Source: Lytechinus pictus
Lineage: Eukaryota
Length of the DNA stretch: 64,000 nucleotides
Assembly: GCF_037042905.1 (NCBI RefSeq)
Contig: NC_087250.1
Location: 22,322,001 to 22,386,000 of the forward strand
Reading direction: 5' to 3'
Notes under the pieces: generated by a model
The model's input: only the letters and a program-made list of their open reading frames with translations
The model's database searches: none
What the model was told of the DNA's origin: nothing
Made by a program: the position numbers and the translations under genes
In this document: in pieces, positions 1 through 13,041 of the stretch
Layout of the letters: every line of letters begins with the position of its first letter
How positions within the stretch are numbered: the stretch's first letter is position 1

Positions 1-141
1 ACATTATAGTGTCAACTCTGTTTTTTTTTTTGGGGGGGGGATTTTCCGGAATTTCCTAGATTTATTCATTATCATGATTGCATGTTTAATTGAAGTAATT
101 TAACATAATCACATAATTACACGATTGGAATGATTAATTAC

Positions 142-358
142 CATGGCGTTCATTGATGGAGTCGCAGATTTCGTTATAGCGCCCTCTGTCATTGAGTAGT
201 TGGAATGCGTCGTTCCACCATTTGACCAAATCGGTGTTAGTATGTCGTGTCATAACTGACCCACCAGCAGCTCTGCAATTATTCTCGAAGTCCGGTGGTG
301 AGATGCGTTTCAATGAGGAGGTGAAAGCTCCAAGAACTTCACCAAACGCCACATCAAC
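142..358 (-). CDS. Gene A exon 7 (VDVAFGE...YNEICDSINERH)
   Basis: taag|GTT...G|gtaat; ORF 134-373. If this donor is not used, the frame ends at the stop at 134-136. Confidence 0.85.
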
Positions 359-3300
359 CTTACATGAAAACAAGGGGGAAAAACATGAACTAGCTAGAAG
401 AAACTATGGAAGAATTGTTTACATGATTTCCCCGATGATTTCGGCTGAATTATTTTCGATTGCCTCCTCGAAGATGGTATGGGATACAATAAAGCTATAC
501 TCCAGCCGCTGGTGTAGCGGTCGATACGGTGCTAGGCAGATACGGTTCTAGGAACACTATCTGCCGGCGGATCGGCAACTCCAGCGGATTCAGAACCAAT
601 TTCTCCGGCGGATATCGTTCTTGCTATCGTCTCTCGATCGGCATACACACGGTACAAATTTCCTTCAAATTTATATAGGACCTACCATATTTATTTATCT
701 ATTTTGATAGGAAAATGAATAATAAGAAAATCAAACCGCAGCAACCAGACAGATATGGATATATGGTTCCGAGGAAAGAACGATATCTGCCGGTGGAACC
801 AGATCTGCCGCTACACCGGCTCAATTTGTTTGGCAAGCTGTAGACTAAATTTGTCAACAATTCTTTTCCTCGAAATTTGGTATTGAGGTTTATGTTAGTA
901 AAACATCGAAACCTAGAACTGCCCTCGTTCCGATATTTTTTTGGTCAGCTGTTGCACCATCGGCACGAGAGTAAAGTGTCATCTAAACAGCACAGAGAGA
1001 GAGAGAGAGTGTGTGTTTGTGTGTTCGGCTGACCCGGGTCCAAAGGGTTGCCAACATGGCGCATGAGGTTTGTTAGGCAAGTCCCATTCAAAAGACAAAA
1101 CGCACCACTTTAGTAGCCCATTGAAACTGGGTTGGCCGAACTCTCTCGTTTGCCATTTATATACAGGGGGGTGAAACTCCGCTTCTGCATCCGGTTAGAC
1201 ATGGGGAAATTTTGGAAGGTCAAAAGTGCACACTGCTCCCATTTTTCGCGTACAAGCCTATGGACACCCCAATTTCATGGCACACCAGCGAAACGGAGGC
1301 GTGGTCATAATTGGCCTGCGCGCACAGCGTAAAGATATGCAAATAAGTATATTGTTACTAATTAGCATAATGCGCGACGTGATTGATTATGAAATGATTT
1401 CATAGAGTTGCGTCTTTGGTAATTAATAAGGTAGATTATGTCATTCATTCCCCGTTATTCAGTTGTTACTTCATCTTTCCTTGTTTACATATTTTCCTGT
1501 CGCGATTATTACTACATCAATTAATAAAATTATTTATTTGCTATAGCTATTTCCCTTGAAGAAATGTGGAAGCTTACAAGGAATTCATTAATAGGATTGA
1601 ACTTAGGGATCTGCTTGCTCGATCTATTCATACAGTCATCACTGCATTTTATTTTCATTACACATCATTAATAGCCATAATTGTTTATATGTTTGGTTTT
1701 TTTTTTAGGGGGGTAAATACTTAAAATGATCAGAGAAATCTTAGCAAGAGAGCAAAGCAATTTAGAAGGCCATTTTGTCTTTATTTTGAAATTGAAATGA
1801 ACAATCTGGTGCAAATCTTATAAAGATAAAAAAAAAAACAATTTCTGAGTTTGGGATGGGAGCAAAATTAAGACAGCCCAGTACCCCCCCCCCCCCTCCT
1901 CCCCCCGCATGAATTCACTCTCATCAAGGCTATCTTAAAAAGGTCACTTCCAAACAAGATAAAATTTTATTTGAACCTGCCCACCCCAAAATCTATCCAT
2001 CGATCCCACCCTTCCCCCCTCTCTTCCACACACACACATACATGTACCACATAATCATGCGAGCAAACAATTATTCTCATATCATTTTTATCCCACTCTT
2101 AAATCAAACTCATTTATCTCTTTAGGAAGAATATCTAATTTGGCTGCACCTGATCTTAAAATATCACAGTATGCCATATTTTTATGGGCTATCTTGCCAT
2201 GCATGCATGGTATTTTGATACTTTATGTTATACTCTTACCTGTTGTACTCGTATCATACCCATAGATACCTGACAAACAAAATCAATCAATCAGTAGCAC
2301 CATCATATTCCAGTCATATAGAAGTATTCTTCATTATCATCATTACCTACATCACAACACAGTTTGGTAGCAATAACATCATTATCACATATCTTTCACG
2401 CAATGTGAATAAATAAATCACGAATATCAAGATTAGAAAGTATATTTCAAATTAAAATATTTATTAAGGAATCAATTTCTGAATATGTGATCAAAATATT
2501 CCTGTCCTCTTTTTCTCGCCAAAGCATTACATTAATTTACATCAGCAAAATGCATATAATTAATGCAACAGAAATTGCAAGGCTGTTACAAGGGAGGGGA
2601 TGTTAATTTTTTTGGTAAAATCTTGAGAAAACAAATTAAAAAAAATCACTTTCATAGGTATTGATAAGCCTTATATAGTCAATATAAGGGGACATCAAGG
2701 ATGTCATTAAAAAAATTTACGATATACCTCTCTCTCAAAGTCGGTTACTCAAATATCAAGTAATTTTTTTTCAGCATTTGCTGACAAGAAATAGCATGCT
2801 AATCTAACCGAGAGCACCTCACAAAAAAGGGAGCACATTGCCACATTTCTCTCAAGAGTGCCTTCCCAAATCTGCACATTAGTAAATTAGTAACAAAATT
2901 GCTTATTGTCTATTGTTGTGAAGTGCTGCTAGAGCTGTGTTCTATTTCCAACAATTTTTTTTTCATTTTGAAGAGCTAATTTAATTCATAATACGGGACA
3001 TGAACAATACAGTGCTACAAGAACAAAAAGAGATTAAAAACGAACAAAACAGTGCAACTTTTCACTTCCCCCAAAAAATAAATTCAACAGCTTAATGTCC
3101 AGCACTACATATCCTTGTTTCATAAAGACGTCAATTATGGTAAATTTGCCCCAATTGTAACTAGCAACTAGCATGGGAACCTCAATGTTGATCTGTTACT
3201 TTAATGTTTCCATGGTAATTACCAGAATGGCAAAGAGTTAGAGTAATGAAATGGGGTCCAGGAGTGAGTGATTTCTTAATCCTTTGTTCTGTCACCTTGT

Positions 3301-6300
3301 TTTTTTTAGTATGCACATTTTCAATGAAAATCCATTATTTCTAATTGTCTTATGTATGTCTGTAGGCATGTACATAGCCCAGAACTCAATAAAGACCAAT
3401 TCTGAATTGATTATATTACCAGAATACAACTTATCCCTTTCAAACTACTTATATCATTAACAGTTCTTTCACTGCTACTACATGTAGATGATTAGAACAT
3501 TAATAAAGGGTGGGTAGGTGTGCCCTTTGGGAAAATATTTCAATCTTGTGTGAAACCTATGGACCTAAATATCAATACTCCAATTTTTTTTTCTACAGAT
3601 GTGTAGTTCAAGCAACATTCAATATGTATTGACATGTTTATTCAAATTCATTCAATTTTTAAAATGTGTAATTGTGATGAAGTAGCTACTTGTTATGAAC
3701 TTGGCCTCCATATTTCTTCTTATAATCTGCCCTGGTGATACTCAAACTGCCTGCGGAACCTGCATGGTAAACAAAAAAAAAGAAAAGAACAAAATGAGCT
3801 GCTGATATGAATTATTCTTACTCATCTAGTTCAGTTTATTAAGAAGTTTTAAACTTTTAATTAGGCCCTAATCTTCCATGCAATATTGTTTAGATAATGC
3901 ACATGTAGTAATCTATATAGCCAGATAAAAATCACGGATCACTATTTATAGAGCATTATTCATAGAACTTTTTTGATTAAGTGTGTAAACTCATTCAAAT
4001 ATATATCATAAAATTACTCTCAATATTTTGTCCTTTTTTATTTCTGTCTACAAAGTAAATGAGTTTTAAAGTGATATCACATATGACTCATGTAGATAAG
4101 ATAAGAGACATGGACAATAAGTATGTATTGATGAGAATGGAAATACTGGTGAATCTGAATCCAAATAGATATTTACTCACAATGGAGCTTTACTATATGG
4201 GATAACATGATCCAGAAAAAGTTGCTATAGCCCTCCCCCCCCCCCCAAATAAAAAAGAAATAGGAGGCCTTTTTTAACGAAAACAAGCATACCTTACAAG
4301 TTTTCAGTTCAAATATCCTGTTCCTCATCAGATTGTAACTCTTGGTGATGTGTAAATGGTAGTTGACTTTGTACTTCTGACTGGGCTGGGACTGCTAAGA
4401 ACTTGATCCCATTGGATCTGCAATTCAAAATACACACAATACAGTTTAGAATTTTAGAGGTGATCAACATAATTCCTCTTTTAAAACAATATTTTCAAAA
4501 TTTCCAGCTAGTCCTATCCTAAGCCTATGAATATTCCCAACTAGAAAAAAGCTGGTCTTGACCGAAAACTTCCTTCTCTCTGTATTATGTTCCACTGACG
4601 AAATAGGCATAGGCCTACCTGGCTGTTTCCACTGACCATCTTCATTGTCAATAAGACTAGAGTCAGTAAATGGTTCAAGCATATACGTGGCCTACTATAG
4701 CGAGGCCTTTTGTCAATCTTATACACCAAGCCAGCTTTGACAGATGTAGGATAATTATTATTTGTGTGATAATTTGGCTCTCGCTCATTCACCAGTGCAA
4801 GACAATTGGGTTTTTTTTATCGTCTAGATCTATAAACATGTGAATCTCTACATCTAAGTGAGTTCCTCTTTAAGTTTGATTTTGATTTTTAAAAAAAGTT
4901 AGCTTGCTCACAAGTTTAAATGACCCTTTGCCTTTCACCAGAAATATGGTCAAGTGAGGAGGACAATAAAGATAAATCAATTGGATCAGCCCTCTCTCTA
5001 CTTATACTTATAAAATTTAAAATGGGGCACTTTAAATTTTGTCACCCCTTCCCATAAAAATTGCACTCATGGTATACGATAACTGAGCAGTTTGAAACCT
5101 GACAAAGAAATGTTGTCCCCCAAAAATAAGAATCATTTAACTCCGTTATATGATTTTAGACTTTTTTAGTCCAACGGTCCAGGCAGGGACTAGAATAAAG
5201 TTAATTTAAATCTTCGTAGAAAAAGTCAAACCAGACAGATCTAGAATTTCATTTTTAGAAATCAAGATCTAAGTTAGACCTATCATAGGGCCTTACTTTT
5301 TAGTAAAAAAAGACTAATGTTAAAATCAGTCTCAAACCATTCCACCAGTGGGCATGCAGTGGCAAATCTACCGATATCAATATCATTCCAAATAGATTTT
5401 AGTTCATTTAAATAATTGATTTAAAATTAATTTCTTTTTAAATGCAGAGAATTATATTGATTCATATAAAGATGGAATAGCGGTGTCAAAAAATCAGTAG
5501 GCTCAGGCCCAACTTTAAACTTCAACTCAAGCTTGTCAGTGACATTAATTCCCAACACCTAATAACCTAGCCTACATCGCCATCGGCAATATCGCAGCCG
5601 GCTGGCACCGGCGGTATCAATGCCCATTTCCCGCTCTGACTATAATATTTAGCTTAGATTTAATGAAGCTTTGCCGTTACTGAACAAGTCCACATCTACC
5701 CCTGATATTTGACAATGTACTGAAATACAGATTTAATAAGGACGGACATGAAGCATTCTAATTAACCAACATAGTTCTACGAAAAACTATCATTTTCTGA
5801 GAAAATATGTCAGTCAGATCCGGAGTCAGATCTCAGTACCGGTAATGGAAATATGGAAATTGTGGTTTCCGTAGTAAACTACGCAAAGTACATAAGGCCC
5901 TGACTGCGACGCCGAACCCCAGCAGCAAACACATTACAATTAGGTTGAATTACAACCGAGATCAAAGCACGAAATTGAACTTAACTTACTTTTATTTGGA
6001 TGGAATGCCATTACTTTGATGTAGATGTTCCCTCATAATTTTCTGCTCAACTGAATTTCACTCAGAAATCCTGATTCCGGATACTAATTCTATAAACAGA
6101 TAATTAGTCTTGCTATTGTATTTCAAATGTTGAATTTCGCAGAGTAAAAAAGAACGACACTTCGCGCAGATATCGTAGGGAATTGTGGGAAGGAAAAAAA
6201 TGTTTAATGCATGAGGACATGAATAAAACATTAGCGTTTTATCCAATCATACAAGTGCATTATGCGTATTTTGACGTCATTACTCATGAATTAAACATTG

Positions 6301-9300
6301 ACCTTCCAAAATCAACCTTCAAATTGGCCAAATGGCAGCCATGTTTGTTATGTACAAAACCTATGGAAAATCAAAAACGCGCGAAAAGAGTTCCCTCTCT
6401 AGCTCCCTTCGGGAGCTTACGTATACGTAAGATCGTATCTCTGTGTTTATATATTATGACACTGCCCTCTTGCGTCGATAGCATAACAACTGACAATGGA
6501 TCTAAACGGTACCGCGCCAGGTACGAGACTAGAAAAAAACACTAAATACCTGAGATCACCAACGTTCAACGTTCAAATAAATTCGCCTCTGATTTTTGTG
6601 ATGCTGCCCTCAGAGTTTCAGCTTATAATCGGTAAAGGTCATCAAATTTTCAAGGATGGTCTGTATGCACGATGTAGACATCATTTTTTCCAACAAATTC
6701 CTCCCCCCCCCCCCTCTCAAAATTAGATGTATGCATTGGTCTAATCCCAACAACCTAGAAATTTTGATAATGCTCCCAAAGGAGTTCCGTCTTTTGCTTA
6801 ATTTTTTTTTTAATGTGCCCTTCCCTTCCAATTTATGATAAGTACCCTGTTAGAAAATATATCCTTAAAATTAAAGAAGTTCCTGCAGCAGAGTCTCGAG
6901 AACACCTGTAATCTTACCAAATTGCGTAATCTTACAGGAAATTGGTATTTGGTGTATGGAACCTTACAAATTTCCTTAAATAAAACAGCCTTTTCCCCTT
7001 TTTAAACAGACCTTTTCTGTTAAATTGCAGAAAAATTCCTGTTTTATGAATTTACAGAATGATTATGTTATTGCTTTCTGCAAAATCTTCTGTTTTTTCT
7101 GTAAAATCAGGGTTTTTTTTAACAGTGCAGTCGATTTTGCCCCCTCTATATACTTACCACATCATTTTGTACTGCGGCTGCTAGGAGATCAGCAGTCTCA
7201 AAATAAAATACCTGATCGGGACGAAGTGTGGAACCCTGCATGAGAGATGGAATAAAGAAGGACACTTAGCTTAATATGCAGATAAAAGGAGGATATAGAA
7301 AAGGTGAAATTGTGACAGGCAAGAGCTGCAGAAGGAAATATAAGTTTTTGGGGCTGCACATGCATAAAAACACATTTAATGGCATTTTGTAGACGGTTAA
7401 TAAAACAAAAGAGGTATGGGCTGTCAAACTCCAGCCGCATTTGAAAGGGCCCGGGGTAGGATCGAAGACCTAAAAAGTAAAACGTTGGTTACTTTTCTGC
7501 TGAGAAATTGATATGAATTCCCTTATGTGTGTATGTGTGTGTGTGTTAGGGTGTGTGTGGGTGTGTGTGTGAATGGTAGGGGCGCGCGAGAGAGGGTGTG
7601 CGAGTGAGGGATGTGTGTGAGGGGGTGTAAGTGTGTGTGAGAGGGAGCAAGCGAATGGGTTAGCATAAAGAATACACAATGAGTCAATTTAATTGCACAA
7701 GGTATAGTGACAATAATAATGATTACACTGATACTAATGATCAGAAGGTTTCTATAACATAGGCCTACAGAATATTGCTACATTATCTTTCATTTATGTG
7801 TTACCATGACTCCAGTGGAGGGGGTGGTTTTTAACAGCTTACCACCAACCCCCCCCCCCCCCATGTCCACATTTATCTCGCCAAATCGACATCATAACGT
7901 TATTTCAACTTGGCAACACATGTCATCTCGTCAAGTCGACACACAAAAGGTAAATGTTAACTTGGCGAGATATTTTGTCGAGTCGACAAGCAACAGAGTA
8001 CATGTATATGTCGAATTGACAAAATACGTTATGTCGACAAGTCGACATGGTGATATTACTATGTATACTTGGCGAGATACATTATCTCGCCAATTTGACA
8101 TAAAAACGGGTGTAGGTCAACTTGGCGAGATACAGTTTGTATATACGTCGTCTACGCGAAATTGTGTATCTCGCCAAGTCGACATAATAACATCATAATG
8201 ACGACTTGGCGCGATATCTTGTCTCGCTCAGTTGAAACACTCCGGTATTTCGACTTGGCGAGATAACGTGTCTGGCCAAGTTGACATACACTTTTTCGTA
8301 TGTCGACTTGGCGAGATAAGATGTGATGAATTATTTTCCCCATCTCTACACGTCGATGACACTTTAAAGCTTCCGTACAGTCAGGTTTGTATTTACCATA
8401 ATGTTTGTGTAGCGGGCGAGACAGAATTCGTCCGAGTTCCACCCATCTATAAATCCAACTTTCTGATTGGTCAAATCGTCATACGTCACGAAGCTGTCAT
8501 TTTTCACAAAGAGGCCAACAGTACCTCCTTTGGTATATGGCGCGGAGAATGTGAAGGTCAGAAGACGATCATACGTTTGAACCCATTCTAAAGCAAAATA
8601 AGGTTTAACCGGCGGCGTAAATGAGATAACAATTTTGAGGGGACCAGGGGGTGTTTCACAAAGATTTAAGTACATGTATGACTTACTGCGTTCGGTATAA
8701 AAGCCATGACCGCATTGGTCAGACCATGCCACGAGGATGCGCACTGCTGTGTATTGATTAATAAGATTGCGCGTTGCATATCTTGCTTACGCGTCAGCAT
8801 TTAAGTGCGACACTTAAGTCATACTTAAATCTTTGTGAAACACCCCCCAGATATGACATAATGATGCAAAAAAAATTGAAATAAAAAAGGCTACAACTGA
8901 TATATTTTTCATATATAAATATATCTTGTGATAAATTTTGAGATACCATATTTCTTTTTCATATCTGTCAACAAGGCAAAGCCGGCAAACAAACTCCCTC
9001 TCAGGGGTCGTAAAACGGGTTTAAAAGTGGGGGTGTGGGGATGGGAGCTGGCCATGGAAAGAAAATCACATTCAGTTGGTCATTTGTACGTTTTTGTACA
9101 CGGTTTTGGAAAGCAGGGGGCTGGATGAGAAGCTTCCCCCTCCTGTTCCGCGGTCCCTGCCTGCCTTTATTCTTAGTTTTACTATTATATCCTGAGTATC
9201 ACAAAAAATAAATGCACATGAACTGTTTGTAACAAGTATGTAGCGTTCAGTAGAAGTGGTGACGAGGATATTATTCGAATTGTAGTTCCTAAAGGAATTA

Positions 9301-12300
9301 CGGTGGGTCCAATTTTATTCCTTATCATGGATGGCAATTAACGTCTCAAAGACAAATCGTATTATAATTGCGACCTATGGACCTATAGGAACTACAGTAA
9401 GAATCGTACCTTTGTCACCACTTTTACTGAGAATAACATTTTGTTTGTTATACTTTAAAACTCAATTTATGTTTTATATGTTACCCAGAGTATGCTAAAC
9501 ATAAATACAGTTTATTTGTTGAAGAAAGTAACTTTGGCAAAATAAAGAAAACAAGAAGAACTAAAAAATCAACATTTGGGGGCGCTAGGCTTATAAGCCA
9601 ATATGCTTCCTGCACTACGAGTGCAAAGTTGGATCCCCGGTCAAAATGTGCAAGTCTAAAAACAGAATGTTCCCATCGATTATGTTAATTAGTAACATTT
9701 TTTCTTGTTCGTTACATTATCAAAGACGATCGTGTTATCAATAATGAAATATCTATCATTATCATCACCATCATCAACCAAAGTAAATCAAAGAATTGTC
9801 AATTAAAATCATATTCTTAGCTTTGGCCAAAGGCGATTGGGTTTATTGTTGAAATAGTTTGAACCAGAAGTGTACTGGGTCGATAATTTTGAGGGGGGTC
9901 TTTCATGGCTTCTGGGGCAACATTTCTAGTAAGCTGCTATACGAGCGACAATTTTGACCTCTTAAAAGATATTCATTACAAAAGTCTGATTTTCTGGTAG
10001 ACTTATGTCATATAAAGAAAATGATACCATACCTAGACAGCCATCGTACCATCCACTCATGATGCCCTTGCCGCCCCTGGGGCGCTCACCAGCCTTGCTG
10101 TCCCAACAGTTCGCGGAGATGTCATACACCGTTACGCAATTCTTGTTCGCTATCTCGCACACTGAAAATTACAATTAACAAGCAATTCGAGAAAACAATA
10201 TAGATCATTGGGCAGTGTTGGGGTTTGAATAGAATTGCAATGAATATTTTGAAGATTTCCTTTAAAAGTCAATAAAAGACAAAATTACATGTAATTTTTG
10301 GATTAATAGTAATGTGAATTATGTTCATGGCCAGTGGCGTATCTAGCGGGGAAAGGGGGCACATACCCCTGGCGCCTCTTTCAGGGGGCACAAAAAGGGG
10401 GAAGGGTGCACAAATAAAGAAAATAAAATTAAAAAATGAAGAGAAAACGCAAAGTAATAAAGGCACAGAAAAGGAATACCACGGAAGGTGATTAATACCC
10501 TGTCCTGTTCTATTACCATGGTAATGCAGTTTAGAAAATGAATCTTGTATGTCTTTACCCAGGGATGAATATTCGTGCCAACTATTGATAAGTGATATCC
10601 ATATTCTCTTCAAGAATTCCAACAAAACTCCTTTGAAAGAATCCTTTTTCAAATACATATTTTTCTGGTTCAATTGTCAAAACTTTTTATCACACGCTGA
10701 TTTGATAAGGGATATAAAAATTATGTTCATTAATTTTACAACCATGACCCTTTTTAGATGAGGATATATATATAAATCAGCTCAGTCGCGCTTCGGCTCG
10801 CATTACGCCAGTGAGATACGTATCCTTTTCATGAATTCCTACAAATAGTCCTTGAAATTTTCCCTTTTCAGGTAAGTATATCAAATATTTCAGCTTATAT
10901 ATCCTGCTTGCATTAATTGCTTAGTTAGATACGCATCGTGAAATTACTTCTCCCTAAAAATGTCTCGATTGCAGGTCAGAATATCAATAATTTTCAGCTC
11001 GCGCTTCGCACTCGCATTAATTGTCCAGATATGTATCATGTTAGTAATTACAGACAGTGCTTAGAATATTCATTCTTATAGATCTTAATAAAAAAAATAT
11101 ATGCTCTCGCTTAGCCCTTGTATTAGGTCTGTTTATTTACTGAGATACCTATCGTCTCTTTCCTAAAAAGTGTCTTTTTACATGTTCCTTTTTCAGGTCT
11201 GATATCAGTAATTAATTCATCATTCATTGCATACGTACCCATCATGTTCATGATTAAAAAAACATCTTAGAATATTCCGTCTTTTGACGTCATAATTTGG
11301 AAAAATATTCACATCCGCATACATACATACATACATTACATACACATAATGCACTTTGAAAGGGGTGTAATTTTAGCGCTTGCCCTGGACGCCGTTTAAA
11401 TTAGATACGCCACTGTTCATGACTCTTTGCTTAAAGGGCATTTTAAGAAACTAAAGTTCAATTTGTAGGTCAAATATCATGCACAAGTTCTTTATTAAAC
11501 GTTAACTCGTAGTTGATTTGCGTTTTAATGCAAATAAACTTTCTTGCAAAACAAAATAAGTTTCTTGTGCTGCCCTTTCACGCTTTTGATTTTCACAAAA
11601 GAGAACATGGAGTTATATATTCGAGCATATTAAATCAATGCTTCACTTCGTTTGCGTGTGGCAACTAAGCGTTTCAAAAATCTGCACACATTCATGCATG
11701 GCCCTGCATAGGTGCTTATAAGATTCAAAGTAGATTTACCGCCCTTTCACACGGTCAAAAATGTTGTAATTTGAATAATGATTCCAGTGAAAAAAAAGGC
11801 CAATAACGAATTTCTAGCACGAGTGAAACCAAACTAGAACATGATTAAAATCACGAACGCTAATCACAATCACGAATTCAAATTCTACTCCGGATGTGTA
11901 TTCATGTGAACGGCTTGACCTCCAAAACATCTTTTGGGGGAGGAGCTTACATGACCTTTCAAGCACTTCCATAGATAATACAATTGTCATGCACTCATCG
12001 TAGTTTGTATTTGCGATGCAGTGCTTTGATTGGCAAGTCACCAAGGACACATACCGCCTTCGCTCGGGAATTCGAATTCAAATCACAGTTTTCGAGTGAG
12101 CGTGTGAAAGGTCCGATGATTCTAAAGACGAATTGCAATCATCATGAGAATGATGATTCACGTGTAAAAAGGCCCTTAATTGAAATCAACTCTATTTCAA
12201 TGCAATTGCATGAACACTAAACACAACAAAGGCATTGTGTATTTGTGATGAATGCCGTCTGGGGTTCCAAGGCTGCTGGCATAATGAGGAATAAAGAAGA

Positions 12301-12870
12301 TTAGATAATTGCTGCAAGGCCCTCCGGGATTTTTCTTGACATATAATTCCACATTCATCACTTCTAGTTTTACTGCCCTCGCTTTTGGGGGCGGGGGGCA
12401 TTTGAATACTGTATTTCGGGGAGGGGTTTTTATTCAGAATTTTATATTAAATATTAGTGGAAATCAATAGCTAATCATTCGACTGATTTTGTATTCGATT
12501 TTCTCACCAGCCTCAACGATATCTGGAGTGAATCCCCTGATTGTGTGTGTTGTCTTATCCCTGTAAACATAGAAACAAAAATAGATAATTATACATATAA
12601 AATATAGACTATGAATATCATTATCATCATGAATCTCATCATTCACGACATACACTTTATTACAAAGACATCACGGTACAAATCGCTCACCGATGAAACT
12701 TAAAAAAAAAATGCATAATATTCCTTTATTCAAGATAATATGGTTCGAACAATGTGGATTAAGTAATAGTAATAGTAGTAGAAGTATTAGTAGGGAGTAG
12801 AAAAAGAAGAAGAAAAAGTAGTAGTAGTAGTAGAAGTAATTTCAATAGTAGCAGTAGTAGTTAATGTACT

Positions 12871-12905
<35 letters not shown>

Positions 12906-12911
12906 TGTACT

Positions 12912-12972
<61 letters not shown>

Positions 12973-12985
12973 AAGTAGTTGTACT

Positions 12986-13041
<56 letters not shown>

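Noticed and set aside
192..551. Plus-strand 119-aa ORF and other short ORFs antisense to exons
   Set aside because: Shadow ORFs opposite real exons or within repeats; no recognisable motifs
4619..4745. Hairpin followed by ACA in an intron of the nested transcript (H/ACA snoRNA-like)
   Set aside because: No convincing H box (ANANNA) or two-hairpin geometry; would need an Infernal/snoReport hit
7863..8320. CRISPR-like repeat array
   Set aside because: Eukaryotic context; repeats alternate orientation with irregular spacing; no cas genes
12230..12295. Plus-strand CICDECRLGFQGC (EGF-like) as an upstream exon of the MAM gene
   Set aside because: Ends in a stop and has no supporting splice sites
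12691..12698. Possible 8-nt micro-exon of gene A (ag|TTTCATCG|gtgag)
   Set aside because: Exons 2 and 3 already join in frame; including it would shift the frame
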